From Christensenellales bacterium (GTDB taxonomy: Bacteria; Bacillota; Clostridia; Christensenellales; CALWSW01): a stretch of 60,671 nucleotides of DNA. The notes below the pieces were generated by a model that was given only the letters and a program-made list of their open reading frames with translations, searched no databases and had not been told where the DNA came from. This document shows positions 1 through 8,612 of this stretch, piece by piece. Within the stretch, counting starts at the first letter, position 1. Each line of letters starts with the position of its first letter. The translations under genes and the position numbers were made by a program. The stretch covers positions 1-60,671 of the forward strand of contig JBMNTV010000003.1 in the NCBI GenBank assembly GCA_050945915.1. The letters run 5' to 3'.

Positions 1-690
1 TGGCTTCAGATTGGTGGCATCGATGGCTTTTAGCACGGCGAGGTCCATCGTTGCGTCCGTTCCCACGATCTCCGCCTCGTATTCCACGCCTTCACAGGTG
101 ACGTAAACCTTATCCACCCCGGCGATGATGTGGTTGTTTGTGACGATATACCCGTCCGCGGTGAGCACGATCCCCGTACCCGCGGAGGTTTCTTCCTCGT
201 TATTGCGTTTCGTCACTTCGCTATAAACGTAGGTTCGGCCAGACACGCCGCAGACGGAGGGCGAGATCTGCTCAAAAATGGAAGCGATGAGCCGATCCCT
301 GTCAATCACCGGGGGCTCAGCGCTCCCAAGGACGGGAACGGGCAGCTCCTCCCGGGGGGCAGTGGGCGCAGCGGGGCTAGTCGGCCCGGGATCGGGCGTT
401 TCTTCCGGAACCTGCGCTGGTGTGGCAGAGGGCGCGGGTGTGATGACCGGCTCTTCGGTGATAACGTTGCCGAAAGTCGGTTTCGGGGTTGCGGCGCCTT
501 CAAACGCCGGCTTTGCCCCGACGGGGATCAGGCCGGTTGCCATCAATGTCACAACGCAGGCCAAAGCGCCCAGCACGAAGCACAAAAACCCTGTTGCGAA
601 TAGGGAACCCAGGCCAAAGCGCCTGACGGGTTCGCGGTAGTGATGCTCCTGCCGATCGGAAGGAAAGCTGGTAAAACGATTGTCCTGCAC
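1..690 (-). CDS. htrA: Trypsin-like serine protease, HtrA/DegP family (5' part only; continues beyond the left window edge)
   Basis: Absent from the ORF track because it is open at the edge. Minus-strand translation starts at GTG 690 (GGAGG 7 nt upstream) and stays in frame for 230 codons to position 1. It gives a membrane anchor (LGSLFATGFLCFVLGALACVVTLMATGLI), a Pro/Thr-rich linker, then GTGIVLTADGYIVTNNHII ... DLAVLKAI, the catalytic His and Asp regions of HtrA proteases. Confidence 0.75.
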   Translation of the reverse strand, partial: MQDNRFTSFPSDRQEHHYREPVRRFGLGSLFATGFLCFVLGALACVVTLMATGLIPVGAKPAFEGAATPKPTFGNVITEEPVITPAPSATPAQVPEETPDPGPTSPAAPTAPREELPVPVLGSAEPPVIDRDRLIASIFEQISPSVCGVSGRTYVYSEVTKRNNEEETSAGTGIVLTADGYIVTNNHIIAGVDKVYVTCEGVEYEAEIVGTDATMDLAVLKAIDATNLKP

Positions 691-728
691 GTTGATACCT
701 CCAAAGAGAATGAAGCCTTATTGCGCGC

Positions 729-2183
729 TCAGGCGTTTTCCCTGGCCCTGAGCAGTTTTCTTGACGCCAGCGGCAGGGTGAACGTGAACGTCGTTCCCTC
801 GCCGGGCGCGCTTTTTACCGTGATTTCTTCGCCGTGCTGTTCGATGATCTTTCGCACGATGGACAGGCCCAAGCCCGTTCCCTCGCTTCCGGGGGTATGG
901 GCTTTTTCGACCTTATAGAACCTCTCCCAGATCTGGAACAGGTCTTCTTCCGGTATGCCTTTGCCCGTATCCGAGACCAAGATCCACGCTTTTCCGTCCT
1001 TCGAGCGGGTGGACACGGCGATTGTTCCGCCTTCGGGGGTGAATTTGATGGCGTTATCCAGCAGATTCCTGAGGACCTGGCTGATGTGGTCAGGATCTGC
1101 GAAGACGGCGCAGGAATCCTCCTGAAAACCCGCCTCCACATTGAGGCCCTTGCCGTCGATCCTGGTTTCGAAGGTGATCAGCGTGCGCCGGATATGCTCG
1201 TTGATGTCAAACACCTTTTTCGTCATCGGGAAATTGCCGGACTCGATCTTGGAAAGATCCAAGAGGTTGGTGACGAGGTTGCTCAGCCGCTTGGTTTCGT
1301 CCAGCACGATGCTCAAATACTCCCGCTGTTCCCCTTCGGGTACAGAACCGTCCAGCACCGCTTCCAAAAACCCGCGCATTGACGCTAAGGGGGCCTTCAT
1401 TTCGTGGGAGGCGTTGGCCACAAAAGTGCGCCTAAGATCGTCCAGGCTTTTCAGTTCCAGCGCCATCTGGTTAAAGCTGCCGGCAAGCTGGCCGATCTCG
1501 TCGTTGGTCTTGACGGGCACTCGGGAGGAAAAATCGCCCTTTGCGTAGCTTTTTGCCACGTCGTTCATGATCACCAGGGGTTTTGTGAAGCTCCTGGCGG
1601 TGATGGGAACAAGTATAACCGCGAGCAATATGCCTATTATGGCACAAGTGAAAACATTTTGGTAGATGGTGGAGATACTTTCCTGGATGTCTCCCATTTT
1701 GGTGTGCAGGTAGATCGCGCCCCGGATCCTGCCCTGAAGATACAGCGGCCGGGCGATCGTCATGACGGGAACGCCGAAGGCGTCGCCAAAAAAGCCGGTG
1801 GTGCGGATCACCTTTCCTTTTTTGACCACATCCTCCCAACTGTCCTGCAGGTCAAAATCAGTGTTTTCCGCCCATTCGCTCTCTTCGCTGGGGTCGTTCA
1901 CCCGAAGGATGCCCGAAGAATCGTCGATGATCCACACATACGCCCCGTGCTTTCGTGCGATCACCTGGAGTTCCATGATCGCAAGGGCGCGATTTTCACC
2001 GGAGTAATACTTGCTCTGAACGATGGTGTTGATCTCTTCGGCTTCCCGGACCATGGTGGACACGAGATTGCTCTCGTACTGTCTGCGAAACAGCTCGCCG
2101 ACGAGCACGCCCAACACCAGCATGGCGGCAAGCACGATGACCAGATACGTCCACAGCATCCGGGAATAGACCGATTTGAACAT
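729..2183 (-). CDS. Sensor histidine kinase (2 TM, HAMP, HisKA, HATPase_c)
   Basis: 484-aa track ORF. It has TM1 (LWTYLVIVLAAMLVLGVLVG), a ~150-aa extracytoplasmic segment, TM2 and HAMP (DEIGQLAGSFNQMALEL). Kinase motifs are H-box ASHEMKAPL, N-box LLDNAIKFT, and G-boxes DTGKGI and GTGLGLSIV. Confidence 0.92.
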   Translation of the reverse strand: MFKSVYSRMLWTYLVIVLAAMLVLGVLVGELFRRQYESNLVSTMVREAEEINTIVQSKYYSGENRALAIMELQVIARKHGAYVWIIDDSSGILRVNDPSEESEWAENTDFDLQDSWEDVVKKGKVIRTTGFFGDAFGVPVMTIARPLYLQGRIRGAIYLHTKMGDIQESISTIYQNVFTCAIIGILLAVILVPITARSFTKPLVIMNDVAKSYAKGDFSSRVPVKTNDEIGQLAGSFNQMALELKSLDDLRRTFVANASHEMKAPLASMRGFLEAVLDGSVPEGEQREYLSIVLDETKRLSNLVTNLLDLSKIESGNFPMTKKVFDINEHIRRTLITFETRIDGKGLNVEAGFQEDSCAVFADPDHISQVLRNLLDNAIKFTPEGGTIAVSTRSKDGKAWILVSDTGKGIPEEDLFQIWERFYKVEKAHTPGSEGTGLGLSIVRKIIEQHGEEITVKSAPGEGTTFTFTLPLASRKLLRARENA

Positions 2184-2195
2184 CCCTTACTTTCC

Positions 2196-2882
2196 TTATT
2201 TAACCTCGAATTTGTAACCCACGCCCCAGACGGTTTTGACCTGCCAGGGAACGTTTTCGACGTTCAGCTTCTCGCGGATCCGCTTGATGTGAACGTCCAC
2301 CGTTCTGGAATCGCCGAAGTAATCAAAGCCCCAGACCTGCTCCAGGAGCTGTTCTCTGGTGAATACCTTGTTGGCATGGCTTGCAAGGAAGTACAGAAGT
2401 TCGATCTCTTTCGGGGGCATTTCGATCTCTTTTCCGTCGCAGACGACAGAGTAATTCGAAAGGTTGACGCTTAAACGGTCGAAGCTGACTTCGCCGGAAT
2501 CGTCCTCCTGCTTGATGCTCCTTCTGATCACCGCCTTGACGCGGGCTACCAGTTCCTTGGTATCAAAGGGTTTCGCAAGGTAATCGTCCGCCCCGAGTTC
2601 CAGGCCGAGTACCTTGTCAAACACTTCACCCTTGGCGGTGAGCATGATGATGGGCACTTCGCTTTCTTCCCGGATTTCACGGCAGATCTGCCAGCCGTCC
2701 ATCCCGGGGAGCATCACGTCTAGCAGCACCATCGCGGGGGAAAGTTCCCGAAAGCGCTTCAGCCCCTCCGTTCCGTGGTTGACGGTTTCGACCTTAAAGC
2801 CCTCCTTCTCAAGATAAAGTGTGACGATGCGACAAATGTTTTTGTCGTCGTCGATCATGAGAATGGTATTGTTATCCTTCAT
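2196..2882 (-). CDS. OmpR/PhoB-family response regulator
   Basis: 228 aa. The receiver domain shows MIDDD, VLLDVMLPGMDG and LAKPF. The winged-helix output domain shows TVDVHIKRIREKL and VWGVGYKF. AGGAGG SD. It lies immediately upstream of the kinase. Confidence 0.93.
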   Translation of the reverse strand: MKDNNTILMIDDDKNICRIVTLYLEKEGFKVETVNHGTEGLKRFRELSPAMVLLDVMLPGMDGWQICREIREESEVPIIMLTAKGEVFDKVLGLELGADDYLAKPFDTKELVARVKAVIRRSIKQEDDSGEVSFDRLSVNLSNYSVVCDGKEIEMPPKEIELLYFLASHANKVFTREQLLEQVWGFDYFGDSRTVDVHIKRIREKLNVENVPWQVKTVWGVGYKFEVK

Positions 2883-3324
2883 GGTATTCCTCCTCGCTCA
2901 GTACCTGAATGCCGTTGTTCCGAAGAAGGGCGGCAGTCACCCCGTCCCCTTCCCTCATTTTGCCGGAAAAGGTTCCGTCATAGATCAACCCGCAGCCGCA
3001 GGACGGACTATGCGCCTTGAGTACCGCTTTTTTTGCGCCGATCATGTTGCAAAGGCGCAGGGTTTCATGTGCGCCCTTTAAAAACTGCTCTGTAACGTCC
3101 TTTTTGTCCCTGGAAAGCACCTTCGCCTTGCCGAGCAGCACGTCCTCCCCGGAGCCGTTTACGATCTCGCTGGGGGGGCGCGGGGTGGAAAGCCCCCCGA
3201 GCTGTTCCGGGCAGACGGGAATCGCAAGCCCCCGGGAAACGAGGTCCTCAATCCGCAAATCCGCCTTGTGATCGCCGTCATACCGGCAGCGGCAGCCCGC
3301 TAAGCAGGCGGAAACGATGATCAT
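2872..3324 (-). CDS. DUF523 family protein (TudS-type thiouracil desulfidase family)
   Basis: 150-aa ORF beginning MIIVSACLAGCRCRYDG, the Cys-rich N-terminus I associate with DUF523. A G-rich SD lies upstream. Its end overlaps the response-regulator start by 11 nt. Confidence 0.7.
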   Translation of the reverse strand: MIIVSACLAGCRCRYDGDHKADLRIEDLVSRGLAIPVCPEQLGGLSTPRPPSEIVNGSGEDVLLGKAKVLSRDKKDVTEQFLKGAHETLRLCNMIGAKKAVLKAHSPSCGCGLIYDGTFSGKMREGDGVTAALLRNNGIQVLSEEEYHEG

Positions 3325-3339
3325 GGCATACCCCCTTGA

Positions 3340-5700
3340 CTATTTGAGACTGACCACCGTCACCCCGGCCTCGCCCTCGCCGTACTGGCCCAGGCGGAAG
3401 TTCGAAACGTGCTTGTGCCGTTTCAGGAAGGATTGAATCCCTGCGCGCAGCGCTCCGGTCCCCTTGCCGTGGATGACGTAAACTTCTTTTAAGCCGGAAA
3501 GAAATGCGCTGTCAATATACCGGTCCACCTCGAGAATCGCCTCATCCACCGTCATGCCGCGGACGTCAATCTCCAATGAGGCGGCGGTGCTTTCCCGCTT
3601 AACAGAGGCGGTGACGCGGTTTTTGACCTTCTCCTTGCCGATCAGCCGCACATCCGCCAGCTTGACGGCCAACTTGAGAATCCCGGCCTGAACGGTGATT
3701 TCGCCCTTGGAATCGGGGGGTGTGAGCACCGTGGCGTCATTGTCGGTGGAAAGCACACGCACCACATCCCCCGGCTGGACGGACTTAGGGGCAGGCGCCG
3801 CAAAAAGGGCGCTCTTTTCATTCCGGGGGGCGGATTCGTCCTGTAACTTGCTTTCGGAAGCTCGAAGTTCGTCCCGCGCTTTTTGGATCGCCCGGCTGCG
3901 ATCGGCTTCGGCGGCAGCGTTCAGAGCCTTCAGCTCCCGGATGATCCGCTCGGATTCCGCCTTGGTTCGCTGCACGATGGCCCGGGCCTCTTCCTTAGCC
4001 TTTTTGATGGCCTTGTCTCGCTGCTCGGCGATGCGCTTTTTTTCCTTTTCGGTTTCGTCCCGCAAGCGGTAAAGCTCCGCCCGGGCTTCCTCCGCCAGTC
4101 GCCTCTCCTGTTCGGCGATGCGCCTTTGGCTTTCTGCGCCAGAAATGGCGTCTTCGAAGGAGATGTCCTTCACCGTCAGGTGCTTGTGGGCGCATTCGAT
4201 GATGTGTTCGGGCAGGCCGAGTTTTCTGGAAATCTTGAAGGCGTTGCTCTTGCCGGGTATGCCGATGAACAGCCGGTAAGTCGGCCGAAGGGTGGTCACG
4301 TCAAACTCGACGGAGGCGTTTTCCATCCCCTCCCGGGTTAAGGCGAAGGCCTTCAGCTCGCTGTAATGGGTGGTGGCCAGGGTGCGCGCCTTCCGGCTGT
4401 GAAGCTCTTCCAGGATGGACATCGCCAAAGCGGCGCCCTCCACGGGGTCGGTTCCGCTGCCCAGTTCGTCCACCAGCACAAGGCTGCCGCCCTCTGCTTC
4501 CTTCAGGAGGTCGACGACGTTCTTCATGTGGGACGAAAAGGTGGAAAGGTTCTGGGCGATGCTCTGCTCGTCGCCGATGTCCGCGAACACGTTGTTAAAT
4601 ACCGGCATTTCGGTTCCGTCCATCGCGGGAAGGAACATGCCGCTTTGGGTCATCAGCGCAAAAAGACCGACGGTCTTCAAGGTCACGGTTTTTCCGCCGG
4701 TATTCGGACCGGTGATGATTAGCGTAGTGAAGTCTTTGCCCAGCCAAAGGTCGATGGGCACCACAACGGCGGGGTCGATCAGCGGATGCCGGCCGCCCAC
4801 GATGCGCATAAAACCCTTTGTATTCAGATTCGGACAGACGGCCCGCATATCCCGCCCGAGCTTTGCCTTGGCGAAGATGACGTCGATCTCGGCGAGCAGT
4901 TCAAAAGACTCCAGCAACGCCGGCGCTTCCGGCGCGATGGCAGCCGTCAGTTCCGAAAGGATGCGCTGGATTTCCTCGGCTTCTTCGGAAAGCAGTTTCT
5001 TCAGCTCGTTGCCGATCTCGACCACCGCCATCGGCTCGATGAACAAAGTGGCGCCGGAGCCGGACTGGTCGTGCAGCAATCCGGGGATCGCCAAGCGGTG
5101 TTCCTGCTTGACGGGCAGGACGTATCTTCCGTTTCGGATGGTGATGATGCTCTCCTGCAGGCAGTTCCTGTACGCCGGGGAATGAATCATGGCGTTCAGC
5201 TTGTCCCGTACCCGGTCGTTGCAGGCGCGGATGGATCTTCTCAACGAGGCAAGTTTGGGGGAGGCGGCGTCCGCCATCTCATCCTCGGTCAGGATGCAGC
5301 GGAAGATTTCCTCCTCGATCCCCCGCGCGGTGTGCAGGGAGATGGCCATGTGATAAAGCCCCGTGGAGCGTTCCTCGTTGGTCAGTGAAGACTTGGCAAA
5401 GCGCATTGCGCGCAGCGCTTTGGCAACGGCCAGCAGTTCCCCCATGCCAAGGGCCAACGTGGCACCGGAACGCTGCAAAGCATCCCGTACGTCCGGAAAG
5501 CTGTCCACGGGGGAACGGCCCAGTCTGGTCAGCTCATCGTCCGCCTCCTGCGTCAGTTGCAAGAGGTTGGCGACATCCGCATGCCCGTTGGCGGGGCGAA
5601 GCATTTTCGCGCGCTCCTTCCCCATCTCCGAGGAAGCGAGCTCCGTCAGCTTTTCGATGATTTTGTCGTACTCAAGTATTTTTAAAACCCTGTCGGTCAT
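3340..5700 (-). CDS. mutS2: Endonuclease MutS2 (MutS domain V ATPase + C-terminal Smr)
   Basis: 786 aa. Motifs are Walker A GPNTGGKT, DELGSGTDP and TTHY, a long charged coiled coil, and a C-terminal Smr domain (VIHGKGTGALR). Confidence 0.95.
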   Translation of the reverse strand: MTDRVLKILEYDKIIEKLTELASSEMGKERAKMLRPANGHADVANLLQLTQEADDELTRLGRSPVDSFPDVRDALQRSGATLALGMGELLAVAKALRAMRFAKSSLTNEERSTGLYHMAISLHTARGIEEEIFRCILTEDEMADAASPKLASLRRSIRACNDRVRDKLNAMIHSPAYRNCLQESIITIRNGRYVLPVKQEHRLAIPGLLHDQSGSGATLFIEPMAVVEIGNELKKLLSEEAEEIQRILSELTAAIAPEAPALLESFELLAEIDVIFAKAKLGRDMRAVCPNLNTKGFMRIVGGRHPLIDPAVVVPIDLWLGKDFTTLIITGPNTGGKTVTLKTVGLFALMTQSGMFLPAMDGTEMPVFNNVFADIGDEQSIAQNLSTFSSHMKNVVDLLKEAEGGSLVLVDELGSGTDPVEGAALAMSILEELHSRKARTLATTHYSELKAFALTREGMENASVEFDVTTLRPTYRLFIGIPGKSNAFKISRKLGLPEHIIECAHKHLTVKDISFEDAISGAESQRRIAEQERRLAEEARAELYRLRDETEKEKKRIAEQRDKAIKKAKEEARAIVQRTKAESERIIRELKALNAAAEADRSRAIQKARDELRASESKLQDESAPRNEKSALFAAPAPKSVQPGDVVRVLSTDNDATVLTPPDSKGEITVQAGILKLAVKLADVRLIGKEKVKNRVTASVKRESTAASLEIDVRGMTVDEAILEVDRYIDSAFLSGLKEVYVIHGKGTGALRAGIQSFLKRHKHVSNFRLGQYGEGEAGVTVVSLK

Positions 5701-8056
5701 GTCTTGTTCCTTTTTGAATGGTTTTCGCGACCCCGCGGGTAAAGTGGCCGGAAGTGGAGGGCTCTAAGGGCCTGACTGCACCGCCGCCCAGCGCTTCCCG
5801 ATAAGCTGCGATGCGCTCCGCCACCGCCTTTGCATCCTCTTGGTAAAAGCACAGCCGCCAAGCGGAGGCCCCGGCACGCTTCAGTTCGTCAAACACCCGC
5901 AGTCCATCCAGCGGCAGGGAGTTGAGCAGCATCACGTCGCAACTTCCCCTTTTCAGGGTGACGGGGTGCAACCCGAACACATAGTTTCGGCGGTCGGTCA
6001 TGCTGCGTCTCGCGCCGCCGAAGCAATCCTTCGCGCAACGCCCCAGCTGTTCCCTGGTGGGGCAATGCAGAAGATGCATCGTGGGGATGGTGCCGTATAC
6101 GATCAACTCGGCAGAAATATTGCTGTTTATTATATCACGTATCTGAGGAACTGTTAACTCCACAGAAAGTGTCACTTTTGACAATCCCATGTCCGCATGG
6201 GCGGTTGCCGAGGGCGTATTTGCGATATTCAGCGTATAGTCCCCGCGAACATCAGTGAAAACTTCACAAAGCAGCGCAATCTGCCCTATGTTAGACGCCA
6301 CAGCGCCCCAAAATGTTCCCGCCGGGAAAGAAGTCAGCAGGTCAATGGCTTTCTTGAGGTCGTCGTCCATGGTCAGCGGGGGCAGAACGGGGAACAGTTT
6401 TGCCCCATATTTTTGAGCTGCGTGAATAAAAGGCAATAAAGCTTGTTTTTCCCAAAGCAGGGGCTGGATGTAAAGGGTTTTGACGCCGCTTTTTTGCGCT
6501 TGTTCCGCCTGTTCCGGCATCGCCACCTGGGCAATCAGCTCCAGTGTTCCCTGTTCGGTCGCACGTTTCGCCATTGAAACGGCGGGCGGTTGGGATTTAG
6601 GCAGAGTCCTCCGCATTGCCTCCACAATCCGCCTTTCAAGGAGCTCCGCCGCCTCCCTGCGGAGCCGGTTCAGTTCGGACGAAGGGACAAAGGCGGGCCT
6701 CTCCCCAAGGAAGGTGGTGAATTCACCAAGCTCAAAGGGCGTGTCTCCCAATTTTGCCACCTGGGCGCGCAGCTTCGCCTCCTCTGCGGCGGCGGTCTTT
6801 GCCGCTGTGACCACATCGCCGGCAACAGTGACCGAATACCCCATGGCGGCAAGGGTGAGGGACAACGGCTCCCCCGCCACGGCGCGCAAGGTGGCGGAAA
6901 CCATCGTCCGCTTGCTTTGGGCGTCCACTCGCGCCAGAGCTTCTTTGCTCAGGCTTACATCCACCGTGCGAAACACGGTTAGCCCTTCCAAGCGGGGGCT
7001 GGACAGTTCACGGATCGCAACAGCCCCCATCGGATAATCCCTCTTCACGGCCACCGTCGTGTCCTGATCGGCTCCGGGCGCCCGCACCGCCAGTTCATCC
7101 CCTGCGGACAACGGCGAAGAAAGCTCCACCCTGCCTTTTTTGATCGTTCCTACGGGCACGCCCCAGTTCCCCGGCCGCTGTGGGGCTACGAGGCCGTCCC
7201 TTCCATCCGCATACCCTTCGGAAAACCCTCCCCGGTTGAAGGCGCGCAAAAGATTCCTGCGAAGTGCGGGCAGATGCACCTTTTCGCCGTCGATCGCCCT
7301 TCTGTAAGCTTCGGTGACCACGGCGACGTATTCCGGCCGCTTCATCCGGCCTTCGATCTTCAGGCTGCACACCCCTGCTTCGGCCAGTTCTCCCACGCGA
7401 TCCAGCATGCAGAGGTCCTTCATGGAAAGCAGGTACCCTTCTTTGCCGTTGAGTTTGTACTTCATTCTGCAAGGCTGTGCGCAGGCGCCGCGGTTGCCGC
7501 TCCTTCCGCCGATGAAGCTGGAAAGCAGGCATAACCCCGAAACAGAGGAACACATCGCGCCGCCGGCGAAAACCTCCAGCGGGAAATCGGTGGAAGATCG
7601 AATCCGCCGGATGCCTTCGATGGAGACCTCCCGCGCCAGCACCGCCCGGGCCATGCCGAGTTTTTGCACGGCTTTGACGCCGTTTTCGTCGTGAACCGCC
7701 ATCTGGGTACTGGCGTGCAGGGGGAAATCAGGCAGTTCCTTTTTGAGCAGGGAAATCAGCCCCACGTCCTGCACGATCAGCGCATCCACCCCGATGCAAT
7801 AAAGCTCCCGGGCGGTTTGCATGGCTTCATCCAGCTCTTTGTCCAACAGCAGGGTATTCATCGTCACATGGACGGATACCCCCCGCACATGGCAATAATC
7901 GACGGCACGTTTCAGCTCGTCGGCGGTGAAGTTTTTGGCGTATGCCCGGGCGTTGAAGGAGCCCGCGCCGAGATACACGGCGTCCGCCCCGCTCTGTACC
8001 GCGGCGATCATGGCTTCAAAGCTTCCCGCAGGAGAAAGGAGTTCCGGTTTTGGCAT
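5672..8056 (-). CDS. Peptidase U32 family protein (collagenase-like / RNA-hydroxylation type), long form
   Basis: 794 aa starting MPKPELLSPAGSFEAMIAAVQSGADAVYLGAGSFNAR, the U32 N-terminal signature. It has a long C-terminal extension. Its 3' end overlaps the mutS2 start by 29 nt. Confidence 0.85.
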   Translation of the reverse strand: MPKPELLSPAGSFEAMIAAVQSGADAVYLGAGSFNARAYAKNFTADELKRAVDYCHVRGVSVHVTMNTLLLDKELDEAMQTARELYCIGVDALIVQDVGLISLLKKELPDFPLHASTQMAVHDENGVKAVQKLGMARAVLAREVSIEGIRRIRSSTDFPLEVFAGGAMCSSVSGLCLLSSFIGGRSGNRGACAQPCRMKYKLNGKEGYLLSMKDLCMLDRVGELAEAGVCSLKIEGRMKRPEYVAVVTEAYRRAIDGEKVHLPALRRNLLRAFNRGGFSEGYADGRDGLVAPQRPGNWGVPVGTIKKGRVELSSPLSAGDELAVRAPGADQDTTVAVKRDYPMGAVAIRELSSPRLEGLTVFRTVDVSLSKEALARVDAQSKRTMVSATLRAVAGEPLSLTLAAMGYSVTVAGDVVTAAKTAAAEEAKLRAQVAKLGDTPFELGEFTTFLGERPAFVPSSELNRLRREAAELLERRIVEAMRRTLPKSQPPAVSMAKRATEQGTLELIAQVAMPEQAEQAQKSGVKTLYIQPLLWEKQALLPFIHAAQKYGAKLFPVLPPLTMDDDLKKAIDLLTSFPAGTFWGAVASNIGQIALLCEVFTDVRGDYTLNIANTPSATAHADMGLSKVTLSVELTVPQIRDIINSNISAELIVYGTIPTMHLLHCPTREQLGRCAKDCFGGARRSMTDRRNYVFGLHPVTLKRGSCDVMLLNSLPLDGLRVFDELKRAGASAWRLCFYQEDAKAVAERIAAYREALGGGAVRPLEPSTSGHFTRGVAKTIQKGTRHDRQGFKNT

Positions 8057-8084
8057 GTTTAGCCCCCGTTCATTCTAATTCTTC

Positions 8085-8192
8085 AAAAAAATTGCCCGAA
8101 ACCGGGTCGCCACCGGCAGCGCGCGCATTTTCATGCGCAAAGCCGGATCCAAGCCGCGGTTTCGGGCAAAGGGCGCGGATTACCCGCGCTTT
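8085..8192 (-). terminator. Compound hairpin terminator region downstream of zapA
   Basis: On the minus strand the GCGCGG-gtaat-CCGCGC hairpin (8172-8190) comes first. A long stem GCCCGAAACCG (8157-8167 pairing with 8094-8104) follows and encloses an inner GCGCAT/ATGCGC hairpin. A T7 run follows (A-run 8085-8091 on plus). Confidence 0.5.
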
Positions 8193-8200
8193 GTGATTGT

Positions 8201-8509
8201 TCAACGAGAAAGCTGGGGTAATCTGGGGAGCATGGCTTCTTTTGCGTCCACGTTTTCGCTGTTGATGATGCGGCTGATGTGCGCATCCAGTTCCGACCGC
8301 TCCTCCTTCAGCGAAGTCAGCTCATCGGCAAAGTTCAGCGCGACGAGAATCCCAATGTCCGTGGTGCTCATGGTCGGATAAGCTTCCGCGAGTTCCGCAA
8401 CCTTGCGGTCCACCAGCATGCTGACTTTATACAGATGCTCTTCGGACTTGTAGCCGGAGATCACATATGGCCTTCCGTTAATCTTAACGCTGATCCTATT
8501 CTTCTCCAT
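8201..8509 (-). CDS. zapA: Cell division protein ZapA
   Basis: The track ORF is 8201-8572. I prefer ATG 8509 (MEKNRISVKINGRPYVISGYKSEEHLYKV..., 102 aa). It is a small helical ZapA-like protein in the conserved pheT-zapA-...-mutS2 position known from Bacillus. Confidence 0.8.
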   Translation of the reverse strand: MEKNRISVKINGRPYVISGYKSEEHLYKVSMLVDRKVAELAEAYPTMSTTDIGILVALNFADELTSLKEERSELDAHISRIINSENVDAKEAMLPRLPQLSR

Positions 8510-8612
8510 ACCCGACGCCCCTATCTTGTGTATATTTTTGGTTATTGTACCACATATTGTTTTTTGGGACAAGCGAGAACTGTCGAATCACAGTCGAAAA
8601 ATCGCGTTATTT

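Noticed and set aside
130-640. Plus-strand ORFs of 157 and 120 aa at the left edge
   Set aside because: Both lie antisense to the edge-truncated htrA-like gene, which has clear protease motifs. The ORFs are Gly/Arg/Pro-rich and lack start signals.
1404-2474. 356-aa plus-strand ORF
   Set aside because: It is antisense to the histidine kinase and response regulator. I recognise no motifs, and it crosses an intergenic gap of the real genes. It is a shadow ORF.
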